A stretch of DNA of 64,000 nucleotides from an uncultured Pseudomonadota bacterium (GCA_963843375.1 CAWJKT010000008.1:128001-192000), one strand, 5' to 3'. Positions 9,946-21,403 are shown, counted from the stretch's first letter. A program made the numbers and translations. The notes: a model not told the origin generated them from the letters alone.

Positions 9946-12900
9946 TTAAAATCCGATCCGCACTCCCCCGCCCGCTTGGTTGGAAGCAAGGTTCGTGCGG
10001 CCGAACTCGCCTCGGTAATTTAAATCGGCGCTTAATTCCTTGGAGAAGGCCACTTCTAAACCAACTCCCGTCAGGATTCCATTCTGCCCTATGGGTGGGC
10101 CGGCCACAGTGAAGGAATCCCCGGCTCCGAAACCCGCCTCCACGATCCCCCCTTGATCATCATATTCATGCTCCCAAGACAGTGTGAGTTCCGGGGAGAC
10201 CACGGTGTCGCCCAGTTTCCAATGCCCGTCCGCTTGGAGTCCCAGATGGCTCATGAAGGAATCCTGCGACTGGGTGGGATAAGTCAGAGGTGACACTGAG
10301 CCCATTTCCGAAAATCCATTAAGTCCCACCCGGGTATATTGCAGCGAGGCCACCGGCCCCAGCGTCATCGATTCTCACTTTCCAGCCGTATCCCAGTTCC
10401 ATCGCCCCGCTCCATTCCGATCCCTGGGTTTGGCCCGAGGCAACTCCCTACATAGGATTGCCGCAGGGTGTTGTATTGGTTGATTCCTCCCTCTACCAGG
10501 CCGTCCGCGTAAAAACCGTGTGAAGTGAAGAGGCCATAAAGCCCGAAGTCGCCGCCGCCTGCGCTTAGGGTTCCTCCTCCATCCAGGGTGATATTGGATT
10601 GGCCAAACCCGGCCATCAGTCCCAGCGCGAAATCCGGCGAAAGCCGCACATCGGCCCCCGCCCCGGTGAGCCCGTAAGTGGTCACTTGGTAGCCCGCCGC
10701 GTTGGCGTTTCCAGCCACGTTGAGAATCCCCCCGTTGCCGGATACAAAACCGCTCCAGTCCCCCTCCCCTGCGTGGCCATTGAGGCTTCCTCCACCGGCT
10801 CAGGTTGCCCGCAAAAAGAGGCGTATCGGAGTTGGAAAAACCGGGCAAGGAAAACCGGGGCGGCTGGGAGTCCCTCAATTCGGAAAGTCTCTGATCCACC
10901 AGGGCGGCGCGTGAAGCGGCTCCGTCGAATCCCGCCTGGAATAGCGCCGAAAGGCCTGCGGGTGAGACCTCGTTTTCCGCCGCCTGAAGGGAACTAGCCG
11001 ACAGGGCCCCAATTGGGACATCATTCCCATCAGTTGGGGATTAAAAACGTTGGTATCCAAATCCGCCCCGATGGCTTTCTGATTGGAGGTGAAACTGGCG
11101 GCCACAAATGAGGGAATGATGGATTCCAATTCCACACCGTTGTTGTAATAAAGCGGAAGGAGCCTTATGTCTCCCAGGCTTTCTTCCACCTGTTGAAAGG
11201 TTCCTGTCAGGGTTCCCGAAGAAGAAAGCGCCACAAGGGAACTTCCCAGGGCGGGCGCACTCAACCCACCGTAGGAATAAAGATTCAGGGTGCCGCCCAA
11301 GGTGACGTTTCCAATCACGCTCACCGTGTCGTAATAGGCGGCCTGTGAACCTCCCAATCCGAGTTTCAAGGTCCCCTGTGAAGTCTGGCTGTAATTGCCC
11401 CCGATCACCAGTCCGACGGGATAACCTGCGCTCTCAAGCGTGCCGTCGTTCACCGAAACGGAACCCAAACCCAGGGCTTGGGAGTTGCCAAAGGCCAGCG
11501 CGCCTGAATCCAATACGGTGCCGCCGCTATAGGTATTGGCTCCGGTGAGGGTCAGCGTCCCCGTTCCAATCTTCGTCAAGGAAGCACCTGTTAAGTTCAA
11601 TGCCCCTCCATCCGCGATCGTTCCTGAAAAGGAAGTACTCAGATTATTGAAACCCTCCGTCAGGTTGTTCCCTCCCAAGCTAACGCTACCTGATCCCTCA
11701 AGGGATCCTATCGTTACAGGCGTACCCGCCGATTCCTGGCTGATATCCATAAAACCCGTTCCATTCAAGATAAATCGAGCCGTGCCGCCGGAAGCGGATT
11801 CGAAAAAAACCACGCTTCCGCCGCTATTTGTGGTGATCGTTGCGCTTCCAGCCGTTGAAGTGCTCATAAAAGCCAAACTCTGGCTATTCGTGATCCATGC
11901 GGTCGCAGCGGTGGAAGAATTGTTGAAAATCATTGTTCCATTATTGGTGATGGTGTTGCTGCCTGCGGTGGCGTTATCGATATAATTTAAAGTCGCCATA
12001 TTCATGACGGATCCGGTGCCCAGGGAACCGTCCGTATCCACCTCAAGGATTCCACCGTCATTGTTGGTGCCCCCCGTGTAGTTGTTGGAACCAGAGAGGA
12101 TGAGAGTGCCCGATCCCGTTTTTTGCAAAGTCTCATCGCCGGAAATGTAGCCCGAGAAGTCCCCGGATGAAATTTGAAGCAAGGCCGCGTTCCCACTCAT
12201 ACTGACGGCTCCGAAACCCTCTAAGGTTCCAATAGTGGCAAAGGCTAGGCCTTGTGCCCCAGTAATCCCACTGGCCGTTCCTGATCCCCCACTCCCTCCC
12301 TCGCCACCCTCAATCGCTAACTCAACCACAGAACCAGAAGACGTTCCCGTGAAACTGACAGACCCCGCGGTAAAAGTAACACTTCCTCCGTTGCCTCCTG
12401 CACCCCCATTCCCTCCAGACAAGGCATCACCCCCACTTCCACCATTGCCGGCGTTAAGATTCAAATCCGATCCCGAATTCAAAATCAAGGTTCCCGTCAT
12501 AACGGAAAGATTTCCGCCCATTCCACCAGTGCCCCCTGTTGACCCCGTCGTAGAATTACCACCCGCCCCCCCGTTGCCACTGGAGAATTGGGTCGGACTG
12601 CTGATGGAGTAGGTACCAATACTTAGTAAAGTATCTCCCCCCTGTCCGCCCGAACCGGGAGCGCTTCCAGTTCCACCATTGCCCCCATTTCCACTTATCA
12701 AATCAAAACGAGAACCCGAGGCCAAGGTTAAGGAAGTAATGGAAACCCCGGCGTCGCCCCCATTTCCACCGTTAGCCGGCCCCCCCAGGGAACCTGAATT
12801 GTTGCCCCCTACACCGTTAACCCCTGTTATGTCGAAGGTGGAATCAGTAAAAGTCAGGCTTCCTCCAGCCACAAAGGCATCTCCTCCGTTACCCCCGGAC

Positions 12901-13928
12901 AAACCGGATGATCCCCCCAAGCCGCCGATCACATTGAGAGACCCCGACGACATGGACAGGGTTCCAAAGGAAACCCATGCGTTTCCTCCGGCACCACCAA
13001 ACGAAACTCCCTCTCCGCCGTTACCGCCTTGGACTTGGAAATTCGATGAAATGAAAACGGACCCACCGACAATGGTAGTTCCACCTCCCATTCCCCCGGT
13101 AACTCCCGCCCCACCCTGGCCGCCAGATGCCTCAAAATTTCCATATGGACCGCAGGTGATATAACCGAATGAAACAGAAGCTGAACCGCCTGCCCCGCCC
13201 GTATTCGTTCCGTTACCTAAGTCAGTCACACTTCCACCCATCCCACCGACAAGACTCATGTTATATGGGGTTTGGAGAGAAATTCCGCTTATGTTGACTG
13301 TTCCTCCCACACCACCCACATCCCCTTCACCATTGGTATCGGTGACGCTACCGCCTTCTCCGCCATTCAATTGGACGAATTGGCCCGTTGTCCAAAATCC
13401 CGCCGTTACAAAAGCGCCCCCTCCATTTTGTCCGATGACTCCAACTCCGCCCGTGGTGACCGCGCTTCCGGCGGTTCCACCATCGATGTAAGTGTCAATA
13501 TTTGAAGCCATGGTCCAGGCGGAAGCCGTCACGGAAGCATCTAGTCCTGCGCTAAAACCGCCGTTATTTTGAAGCGTCAAATTATTTTGTTGGGTGAAAC
13601 TATTTTGAAATAAAAGTTGGGAGCTAGGGTCATCTTGTCCAGTCAGGTTGAGGTCCGCACCCTGAAAAACAACACTTGAAGAAATCACAGACAAGGGTTG
13701 GGAAAGAGTAACGGGGCCAACTGCGGGATCAAATGTTATGGTGCCGCCTCCCGACGCGTTTATCGTGGTGACTGCCCATCCCAGTGAATTCACGCTTTCA
13801 TCACCCGCGCCGCTGGTGACATCGGCTATGGTCTGGGCAAAAAGGGCCACGGGGGCGGGAAAACAGATTGAAAGCAATATGATGAAAACAATAAAAGTTG
13901 GGCCGGATTTCAAAAAAATTTTTATCAC
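9946..13928 (-). CDS. Autotransporter with Gly-rich passenger and passenger-associated repeats; beta-domain broken by several indels
   Basis: Signal peptide, GGxGG repeats, KTGSGTLILSGSNNYTGGT repeats. The beta-domain is split over ORFs 10375..10899, 10365..10718 and 9946..10368, ending IGF. Confidence 0.85.
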
Positions 13929-14013
13929 TAAAAGGCCCTTGGGACAGAAATATTTAAAGGCAATATTATTTTACCCCCTCTTTTCTCATTTAGAAAATTC
14001 GAGGGAGCCTATT

Positions 14014-15177
14014 TCAGTTAATTCTTGAAGGTTTTACCAGAGTCTTTTCATAAGTCCGCTCAATTTCTCTCAACATTTCCTGGATTAGAAATGTGCCTTT
14101 TAAGGCTTTTCGTCCTGCCTGACCCATTTTTCGGGCCCGTTGGGGATGGGAAAGGCCTTTATAGAGGTTTTCCGCCATTCCTTGAATATCGTGAGGTTGA
14201 TTCAAGTAGCCCGTTATTCCCTCCTTGACCGCCTCGGGAGTGCCGGAAACGGCTGTGGCAACAACCGGTTTTCCGGCGGCCATGGCCTGCAAAACCACAC
14301 GGGGCAAACCTTCAAAGATGGAAGTCAACAAAAGAATATCACTGGCCGCCAAAAGTTTAGCCACGTCATCCCGCCAACCCAATAACTCAAAGTTCGGTTT
14401 CAACCCTTTTTTCCTTATTAGTAATTCGGCTTTGGGAAGGAGCGGCCCATCTCCCGCCCACAAGAAAAGAACTTCCGGAAGCTTCAAAATCAACCGGGCG
14501 GCCACCTCCACCACATCCAAGGGGGATTTCTGCTTTTTGAAATTGGAAAGAACTAGTACGGTTGGCCGGCCTTCAGTTTTTAAAAGTTTCCGCTCTTTTC
14601 CTGACGCAGAGAGTGTCAGGAAATATTCTTTGGGATCGATGCCGCTATGAATCACTCGGTACCGGCCTTCAACACCAATGTCCGCCGCTAATCCGGCTTG
14701 AAGGTTTTCCTTGCTGACGGTAATTATCACATCCGTAAACCGTGCGGCCCACCGTTCCAGGGCCTGGTAAAACCAGCGAAGAAGGAAAAACTGTCCGGGA
14801 TAGAATCCCCACCCATGTACGGTGTGGATAACATGGGGAACCCCCGCTTTCTTGGCGGCCCAACGGCCCAAGATGCCCGCCTTAGAACTATGGGTATGGA
14901 CCAAATCGACCTTTTCTGACCAAAGAATCCCCGTAATCCGGTGAAGCGCCTTTATGTCCCAGAGGAGGCGAATGGGATGTTTCAATTCGGGAAGAAAATA
15001 GGTTTTACAGCCTTTGATTTTCCTGGCTTCGTCATCCAGGTAACCGCCAAGTCCCGTAATGAGAATCACTTCATATTTTTGACGGTCATGATGGGCACAA
15101 CAATAAAGGGTGTTTTGCTGAGCGCCGCCCAATTCCAGGCGGGTAATGATGTGGGCGACTTTGATAAGCTTAGCCAT
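14014..15177 (-). CDS. GT4 family glycosyltransferase
   Basis: GGAQQ, HTHSSKAG, HTVHG, EGLPRVVLQAMAAGKPVVAT. Confidence 0.92.
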   Translation of the reverse strand: MAKLIKVAHIITRLELGGAQQNTLYCCAHHDRQKYEVILITGLGGYLDDEARKIKGCKTYFLPELKHPIRLLWDIKALHRITGILWSEKVDLVHTHSSKAGILGRWAAKKAGVPHVIHTVHGWGFYPGQFFLLRWFYQALERWAARFTDVIITVSKENLQAGLAADIGVEGRYRVIHSGIDPKEYFLTLSASGKERKLLKTEGRPTVLVLSNFKKQKSPLDVVEVAARLILKLPEVLFLWAGDGPLLPKAELLIRKKGLKPNFELLGWRDDVAKLLAASDILLLTSIFEGLPRVVLQAMAAGKPVVATAVSGTPEAVKEGITGYLNQPHDIQGMAENLYKGLSHPQRARKMGQAGRKALKGTFLIQEMLREIERTYEKTLVKPSRIN

Positions 15178-16336
15178 TGGAATCAGGTATTGGGGATTCC
15201 GATGCGTTGTCTTGAGTTTCCCCCACCAAAGTTTTCTTGTCGGATTTTCCCGCCTTTGCTTTGCGGGTCGCTTTTTTCGCGGCCTTTTCATCGGCCTTGA
15301 CTTCGGCTATGGCAGCCTCATCCACGCCTGTAATCGGCTGAACTTGGGCTTTAATGGCTTGCTCATCATCCTCAGCCTGGACAAATTTTTTCATCCACTC
15401 CCATTGCCGAGCCAATCCCTCGCGCAAAGAAGTCTTGGGTTTTATCCCGAAGATCTTTTCGAGTTTGGTGGTGTCCGCCCGAGTGGAAAACACATCCCCT
15501 TTCTGGCGTTCAAGAAAAGTCTTAGCGCAGGTTTTTCCGCTGATTTCCTCCAGAAACGCCACCGCTTCCATCAAAGACGCCGGAGATCCGCCACCCACAT
15601 TAACGATTTGTCCAACCGCCGCCTGGGAAGTTACCGCCGCGGTAATGATCTCGGCTACGTCGTCCACATAAGTAAAATCCCGAATCTGTTTACCGTCGCC
15701 ATAAATAGTTAGGGCGGCATCATGCAGAATACTATGGCAGAACCGGTTGAAAGCCATATCGGGCCTCTGGCCCGGGCCGTACACCGAAAAGAAACGCAAG
15801 GATACAGTGGGCATCTTGTATTCCTGATGATAAAGTTGGCACAAGTTTTCCGCCGCAAGTTTGGTGACTCCATAGGGACTTCGGGGCTTGCACATCATCT
15901 CTTCATTCAATACCGCGATCTCCTCCCCTGATTGGGGTGAAATGTCACCATATACCGAGGACGAGGAAGCGTAAACAAAGCGCTTCAACTTGTTTGACTT
16001 GGATTCCTCCAAAAGCTTCTGGGTGACCTGGATATTATTGGTAATGTAACGGTGAAAGGAGGAACCCCAGGAACCCCTCACCCCCGGTTGGGCCGCCAAA
16101 TGAACGACCACTTCGGCACCTTTGAGGACCTTGATCAAGGCCATCGTGGACAGGTTGTCTTCCACCAATTTGAACTTAGGGTGCAAAAGGACAGGCATCA
16201 GGTTTTTTTCTTTTTGATTCCGGGAATAATAGACGTCAAAGCTATCCACGCCCATAACTTCATGACCCTCTTTCAAGAGTCTTTCCACCACGTGCGAACC
16301 AATGAACCCGGCGGCGCCAGTAACAAGAACTTTCAT
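15170..16336 (-). CDS. NAD-dependent nucleotide-sugar epimerase (UDP-glucuronate 4-epimerase-like)
   Basis: GAAGFIG, HLAAQPGVR, SSSSVYG, YGVTK, RPDMA. Confidence 0.92.
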   Translation of the reverse strand: MKVLVTGAAGFIGSHVVERLLKEGHEVMGVDSFDVYYSRNQKEKNLMPVLLHPKFKLVEDNLSTMALIKVLKGAEVVVHLAAQPGVRGSWGSSFHRYITNNIQVTQKLLEESKSNKLKRFVYASSSSVYGDISPQSGEEIAVLNEEMMCKPRSPYGVTKLAAENLCQLYHQEYKMPTVSLRFFSVYGPGQRPDMAFNRFCHSILHDAALTIYGDGKQIRDFTYVDDVAEIITAAVTSQAAVGQIVNVGGGSPASLMEAVAFLEEISGKTCAKTFLERQKGDVFSTRADTTKLEKIFGIKPKTSLREGLARQWEWMKKFVQAEDDEQAIKAQVQPITGVDEAAIAEVKADEKAAKKATRKAKAGKSDKKTLVGETQDNASESPIPDSNG

Positions 16337-16384
16337 TAAAAAAATTCTCCTTCTTTTTTCGAGATTATTTTAACCACGAATGAT

Positions 16385-17581
16385 TCAATATGAAACTTCG
16401 GTCAAAACCAGCGTTCTTAAGTATTCCGTTTCCGGTATCGATATATTAATTGGATGATCCTGAGGCTGGGTCAGACGTTCCAGAAGACGGAAGGATCTTC
16501 CCGACTCTTCCACCGCATCCCGTGTCACTCCTTCCAAAAGTGTCCAAGAAAAATGATGGGAACAAGTACCGACGACTATGAATCCACCCGGGTTCAACAT
16601 ATCCAAAGAATGGCCTAAAAGGCTTTTTAAAGCGGTTCGAGCAGTTGGTAAATCGTGGACGCTTTTAGCCATAGGCGGCGGATCTAAAATAATACCGTCG
16701 AACATATGCCCGCCCTTTTTGAACTCCTTGAAAGCTCGGAAACTATCACCCTTCTCAAAGCGGATTTTATTTTCCACGCCATTCCGTTTGGCGTTTTCAG
16801 CCGCCTCATCCAGCGCTCCTTGGGATGAATCCATCGCCAATACATCCTTGGCGCCGCCTAAGACAGCTTGAATTGAAACCGCACCCGTATAACTGAAGGC
16901 GTCCAGAATGGTTTTGCCTTCGCTTAGTTCTTGTATCCGGCGACGCGCATCGCGAAAATCTAGATAGAATCCAGTCTTTTGGCCTTGGTCGGGTCTGGCC
17001 TGAAATTGAGCCCGGCCTTCGGTAAAAGGCATCGGCAGTGTTCCTGGTTGGGTCAACCAACCTTGGAATTCCGGCATCCCTTCTTTCTGGCAAATTTCTC
17101 CAACGCTCTTTTCATACACAAAACGGTAGCCGTTTTCTTCGAGGGTCTTGGCGATAACAGGCATAAAGGGTTTAAGTCCTCCGCTGAAACAGGACAACAC
17201 CGCTTGATTGCCCCCGAAAGCGTCCGCAATAATTCCCGGAAGACCGTCGCCCTCGCCAAATAGCAAACGCAAACCATTTGTCTGGTATTTTTCCTGAAAA
17301 CCCTTGCGGACCGCTAGGGCTTTTTGGACCCGACCAGCGATAAAGGCTTCGTCCAGTTCCTGGTCAAAACTTCGCGTTAAGAGCCGGATGAGGATTTTGG
17401 AGGTGGGACTGGCCACGCCACGCCCAACCGGCTGGCTTTTGGAGGTCACCACCTCCACTAGGGTGCCCGGCACAAGAGATTTGGGAGCCTTATCCACCTC
17501 ATTGGCGAAAACCCAAGGATGCCCAGCCAAAAGACGATCTTCTTCTTTTGGTTTAAGTTTCACTCTGATATAGGAAAGCAA
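16385..17581 (-). CDS. rlmI: RlmI-family 23S rRNA m5C methyltransferase
   Basis: PUA-like GHPWVFANE, GQKTGFYLD, FSYTG, ILDPP. Confidence 0.85.
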   Translation of the reverse strand: MLSYIRVKLKPKEEDRLLAGHPWVFANEVDKAPKSLVPGTLVEVVTSKSQPVGRGVASPTSKILIRLLTRSFDQELDEAFIAGRVQKALAVRKGFQEKYQTNGLRLLFGEGDGLPGIIADAFGGNQAVLSCFSGGLKPFMPVIAKTLEENGYRFVYEKSVGEICQKEGMPEFQGWLTQPGTLPMPFTEGRAQFQARPDQGQKTGFYLDFRDARRRIQELSEGKTILDAFSYTGAVSIQAVLGGAKDVLAMDSSQGALDEAAENAKRNGVENKIRFEKGDSFRAFKEFKKGGHMFDGIILDPPPMAKSVHDLPTARTALKSLLGHSLDMLNPGGFIVVGTCSHHFSWTLLEGVTRDAVEESGRSFRLLERLTQPQDHPINISIPETEYLRTLVLTEVSY

Positions 17582-17677
17582 TGACGACCCCTTTAATCCG
17601 CCGATTTACACCGATTTTCGCCGGTAAAAACAATTCCGTGAACATAGGCGTTAATTTGCGGTTGATTTTTTTGGAAA

Positions 17678-18247
17678 TCAGAAATTAAAAGAAACGGCCA
17701 ACGACGAAGGAGGAAAAGCCTGCGCGATTTGAAGTTTAATCGGATCCTGTAACCACGCCTCACGTTGTTTCAAGAAATCGCTTTGTGCCGTCGGGCTTAC
17801 CTCGAAATCATGCGGCATGATAAGTGCTCCCGCGGCAATGCCCACACCCAGCCCAACTGCTCCTCCGATGAACATATTGGAAGCCGATACGCCGTTGGAC
17901 CCACTAAACTCATAAGTCAAGAAAAGCCCCAACCCTAACCCAGTGATACCCGAAGCAATAAGCAGTTGGGCTTTCGCCCCGCTATTCACTCCAGGGCCCT
18001 TGTCATGGTTGTCCTTATCTTGATAATCCCTTCTTTTGGAATCCTTAGCAAGATCATCTGCCCAATCGAAAAGACCAAAATGACTTGGACGGCTCTTAAC
18101 TTCATCGGGATTGTTTCCGTCATCGCTGTCATCTTCCCAATAGAGGGCATGAGCTTTGGGTATAAAGAGGGGACAGGTAAAACCGACCAATTGTAAGGCT
18201 AGCCCGAAAAGGAAAGCCTTTTTGATTAAAGAACGTTTTAAGGGCAT
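17678..18247 (-). CDS. Hypothetical exported protein with Gly-rich hydrophobic segments
   Basis: Signal peptide ending AHA; GLGLG/GAVGLGVG segments; terminal Phe. Confidence 0.65.
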   Translation of the reverse strand: MPLKRSLIKKAFLFGLALQLVGFTCPLFIPKAHALYWEDDSDDGNNPDEVKSRPSHFGLFDWADDLAKDSKRRDYQDKDNHDKGPGVNSGAKAQLLIASGITGLGLGLFLTYEFSGSNGVSASNMFIGGAVGLGVGIAAGALIMPHDFEVSPTAQSDFLKQREAWLQDPIKLQIAQAFPPSSLAVSFNF

Positions 18248-18429
18248 GGGGCAAATTATACCTTTAAATGAGAAGAAGGAAAAAGAAAAAACAGCCTTAG
18301 CAGGGTCCCCATTATTATGCGAGTTTATCTCTTTCAACAAACCCCATCACATTTCTTCCAAAAACCAAGAAGTTTCCCACTGAAAGCCAACCAATGCGAA
18401 ACCTCTTAAGCTTGTCTCCCTAATTAAAA

Positions 18430-19407
18430 TTAAAATTGGTCAATCGAGTTGTTATTATAATTGGCTACCCAAATACTTCCGCCCGAAAAGAGAACGGCAT
18501 CCGGTCCAAAATCAGTTCCATAGGACCACGCGGTCAACAAGGGACCGCCATTGAGGCCATATTCTTCCATCAGGCTGTTTCCGAAATACTTTTGGTCTGG
18601 GCCCGTTTCCCCATAATCGGCCACGTAGATATTTCCGGACCCATCCACCGCCAAGCCGTTGATATAGCAGTTGTTGACCATGCCCCACTGATAAACGCCG
18701 GTTTGCGTTGGGCCAGTCGAATTGTTTCCGGAAAATTCATCGACAACCCCATTTCCTAGTTCCCCGACATAAAGGTTCCCCGTGCTGTCAAAGGTCAAAG
18801 CGGAAGGCTCGTTGAACCCGGTTCCGTTATACTTGGTCCAGATCGCGATTGGGCTGCCAGTAGGCCCGAACTCCTCTACTTGATTATTATTGGTGTCAGC
18901 AACATAAACATTACCAAGCGCATCTAACGTGAGGGTAAAGGGGTTATTAAAGTATGTGCCTCCATAAGAGTTCCACGAAGTGATGGTAACCCCCGCGCTG
19001 GTAAAAGCATAAACAGCCGCTGTGCCGACCGTTTCATTACCATTATCCAAAACATAGATGGTCGATCCCGCGCTGTTACTGGCGACCCCAATAGGCCATA
19101 TAAGTGTGACCGAACCATAACCCGTCCATCCCACGGTGGAACCGGCCGAGAAGACCTCCACTTCCTCACCGTCATCATCAGCTTCAGCCACGTAGGTAAT
19201 CCCCCCGGCAATTGCTAGGCCGTTCGGCCCAAAAGCGGTATCAAAACCCCCGACGTAAGCCGGAGGAGTTAAGGCGAAGGTTGGTGTCGGAGCCGCAGGA
19301 ATGCCGCCTCGCGGATTGCCAGAAGGATTGGAAGGACCGGAATTATTACAAGCCCAGGATAAAAAAACACCTAAAGCCAAAATCATTGGAAAAAGAATTT
19401 TTTTCAT
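18430..19407 (-). CDS. NHL-repeat beta-propeller lipoprotein
   Basis: Lipobox LSWAC; repeated P..L..D..GN.YVAD. Confidence 0.85.
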   Translation of the reverse strand: MKKILFPMILALGVFLSWACNNSGPSNPSGNPRGGIPAAPTPTFALTPPAYVGGFDTAFGPNGLAIAGGITYVAEADDDGEEVEVFSAGSTVGWTGYGSVTLIWPIGVASNSAGSTIYVLDNGNETVGTAAVYAFTSAGVTITSWNSYGGTYFNNPFTLTLDALGNVYVADTNNNQVEEFGPTGSPIAIWTKYNGTGFNEPSALTFDSTGNLYVGELGNGVVDEFSGNNSTGPTQTGVYQWGMVNNCYINGLAVDGSGNIYVADYGETGPDQKYFGNSLMEEYGLNGGPLLTAWSYGTDFGPDAVLFSGGSIWVANYNNNSIDQF

Positions 19408-19452
19408 TTCGAGCACCCCCAAAAAAGTAGCGAACAAAATGGATGAACTTTA

Positions 19453-19478
19453 GACGAAACCCAGAGGGTAAATGTTAC
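19453..19478 (-). promoter_or_regulatory. Putative ECF promoter GTAACA-N16-CGTC
   Basis: Same geometry as the motif upstream of the sigma gene. Confidence 0.5.
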
Positions 19479-19580
19479 GGTCAAAGGAAAAATGGCGAAA
19501 TTAGCCTGTCAAAGAAGGTTTTATGGCATGCAAGGTTTTCAACCGCTCAGTTCCTCGGACGATCCAAATAAAACTAATTT

Positions 19581-20357
19581 TTATTCACCCTTGGGAAAAG
19601 TCCATTCGTAGGCCAAATAACCCGTGAATTGATAATCAGGTTGGATTAGGTCCCTTCCGGCCGAAAAAACGATGTGGTTTATTTCATCGAAATGGATGAA
19701 TCCTCCCACGTTGAAGCCAATGCTATTACTTTCCCCGGTTTCATTGGGGCTGTGATAAAAAACTTCACCGCCCAAAGTGAAAAAAGACGATAGGTCCCTT
19801 TGGATTTCCCATCCAATGAAAACCCAGTTTTGGTTGCCCGTCCCCGGATTAATCCAATAACCCCCGCCACCATAGGTCGTCCAGGGGCCCCAGCTTTTTT
19901 GGATCCACAAGGGAAGGAGTAACTGGAATTGTCCATACCCCAATCCCTTCGCGGCGTCACCCGTAGGGATATTCACTTGAGGAAAGACGGCGGCTTGGGG
20001 AATGCTCTCGGATTCATGCAGGAAACGGTATTTAAAACCCACTAAAGAATCGCCATAACCGTAATAACTAGTATTTTCCCCGGGAATGTTAAAAGCCATT
20101 TGTTCGGTTAAGCTCAATTGAATATCCGGAAGGGGCCCATAATTCAATTCCAGGAAAGGAGTGGTTCCTGAAAAATCTTTCTGGAATTGTAGGGCGGTGG
20201 TTCCCAGGTATATTTCCCAATGGTGATTTTCTACCGGTTCAGGATCATCCGTTTCAAAAGGAGGACCAGCCAGTGCGATCGAAACCGAGACAAAGAGTAT
20301 TGAGATGACCAAGACCAACATTCCGGCGATTTTCTTCCGGAAGCCTAAGTCATTCAT
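19581..20357 (-). CDS. Outer-membrane beta-barrel 'transporter' (MetA-pathway-like)
   Basis: Signal peptide, GPPFETDDPEP, amphipathic beta strands. Confidence 0.75.
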   Translation of the reverse strand: MNDLGFRKKIAGMLVLVISILFVSVSIALAGPPFETDDPEPVENHHWEIYLGTTALQFQKDFSGTTPFLELNYGPLPDIQLSLTEQMAFNIPGENTSYYGYGDSLVGFKYRFLHESESIPQAAVFPQVNIPTGDAAKGLGYGQFQLLLPLWIQKSWGPWTTYGGGGYWINPGTGNQNWVFIGWEIQRDLSSFFTLGGEVFYHSPNETGESNSIGFNVGGFIHFDEINHIVFSAGRDLIQPDYQFTGYLAYEWTFPKGE

Positions 20358-20365
20358 ATGCAGGT

Positions 20366-21403
20366 TTATTTTCCGAAAACAAGAATTTCAAACGTTCCGG
20401 GCACGACTTTTTTGCGCGGTTTGGACTGGTCCCCAGTGGAGGTGGGAAGAGGCTCGAATTGGGCCGCAGGCAAAAAGACACGGCCGGTTTGGCTGTCCAC
20501 GGCCAAATTCCGAGAGCCGGGTTGGGTATTAACATTTTCCACAAGGCTATAATGGTCGGGAGAATCCTCGTGAAATAAAGTCATTGTGCCGTCGCCACAA
20601 GAGTTGAATATTGTTTTCGATTCCTGGTTAAAAGCCGTAGCGTCCACCCCTTTTCCGATTGGAAAGGATTGGATCACCTTGCCGGTTTGTGCGTCCATAA
20701 TGACCATCTTTTCATTACGGCATCCAATAAAAAGCCGGCCGTTATTCCGGTCTATCGCCAAACTCGAGGGAGATTCACCTGGAGATACCGGCCAACGTTT
20801 TAGAACTTTGGCATTTTTGGTGTCAATTTCGATCACTTCATTTTTGTCCTCTAAGTTGTCATACACATGACCTTTTCCATCGGTCACGGCGAATTCGGGC
20901 TTTCCTCCTAGATTCAAGGTTGCCAATACCTCCCCCGTGGCAGCATCAGCTACTGTGGCCGTTCCATCATTGCCGTTAAAAGCCAAAACTCGGTCGGAGG
21001 TCCGATCAAAAACAATGGCATCCGGGCCTTGCCCGGTCTTTATTTCCCCAATTTTTTCGAAAGTTTTCAAATCGAATACAAGAATGGAATTGGTAGCGCC
21101 ACTGGAAACAAATCCCCTTTCCAATTCATCGGCCCAAGCAACCCCATGGGCTTTCTGGGTTCCTTCAACGGTTCCGACTAATTTCAATGTATCCATGTCT
21201 AATACCTGAACCATCGTGTCATGGGTAATAAAAAGGCGTCTTTCATGGGTATCGGACCTGAGGTAGTCCCAGCCACCGTCGCCTTTGAGGTGGATTTTTT
21301 TCAGAATTTTATATCCGGAATCCTCAGCCCAGGCAAAAGTGGTTAAGCTGGTCAAAAGGAAAAAGATCCACAACTTTTCTGTAAATTTCATGCTGTCCCC
21401 CAT
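20366..21403 (-). CDS. YncE/YVTN-type beta-propeller periplasmic protein
   Basis: GDGGWDYL, AHGVA, GKPEFAV, IGKGVDA repeats. Confidence 0.85.
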   Translation of the reverse strand: MGDSMKFTEKLWIFFLLTSLTTFAWAEDSGYKILKKIHLKGDGGWDYLRSDTHERRLFITHDTMVQVLDMDTLKLVGTVEGTQKAHGVAWADELERGFVSSGATNSILVFDLKTFEKIGEIKTGQGPDAIVFDRTSDRVLAFNGNDGTATVADAATGEVLATLNLGGKPEFAVTDGKGHVYDNLEDKNEVIEIDTKNAKVLKRWPVSPGESPSSLAIDRNNGRLFIGCRNEKMVIMDAQTGKVIQSFPIGKGVDATAFNQESKTIFNSCGDGTMTLFHEDSPDHYSLVENVNTQPGSRNLAVDSQTGRVFLPAAQFEPLPTSTGDQSKPRKKVVPGTFEILVFGK

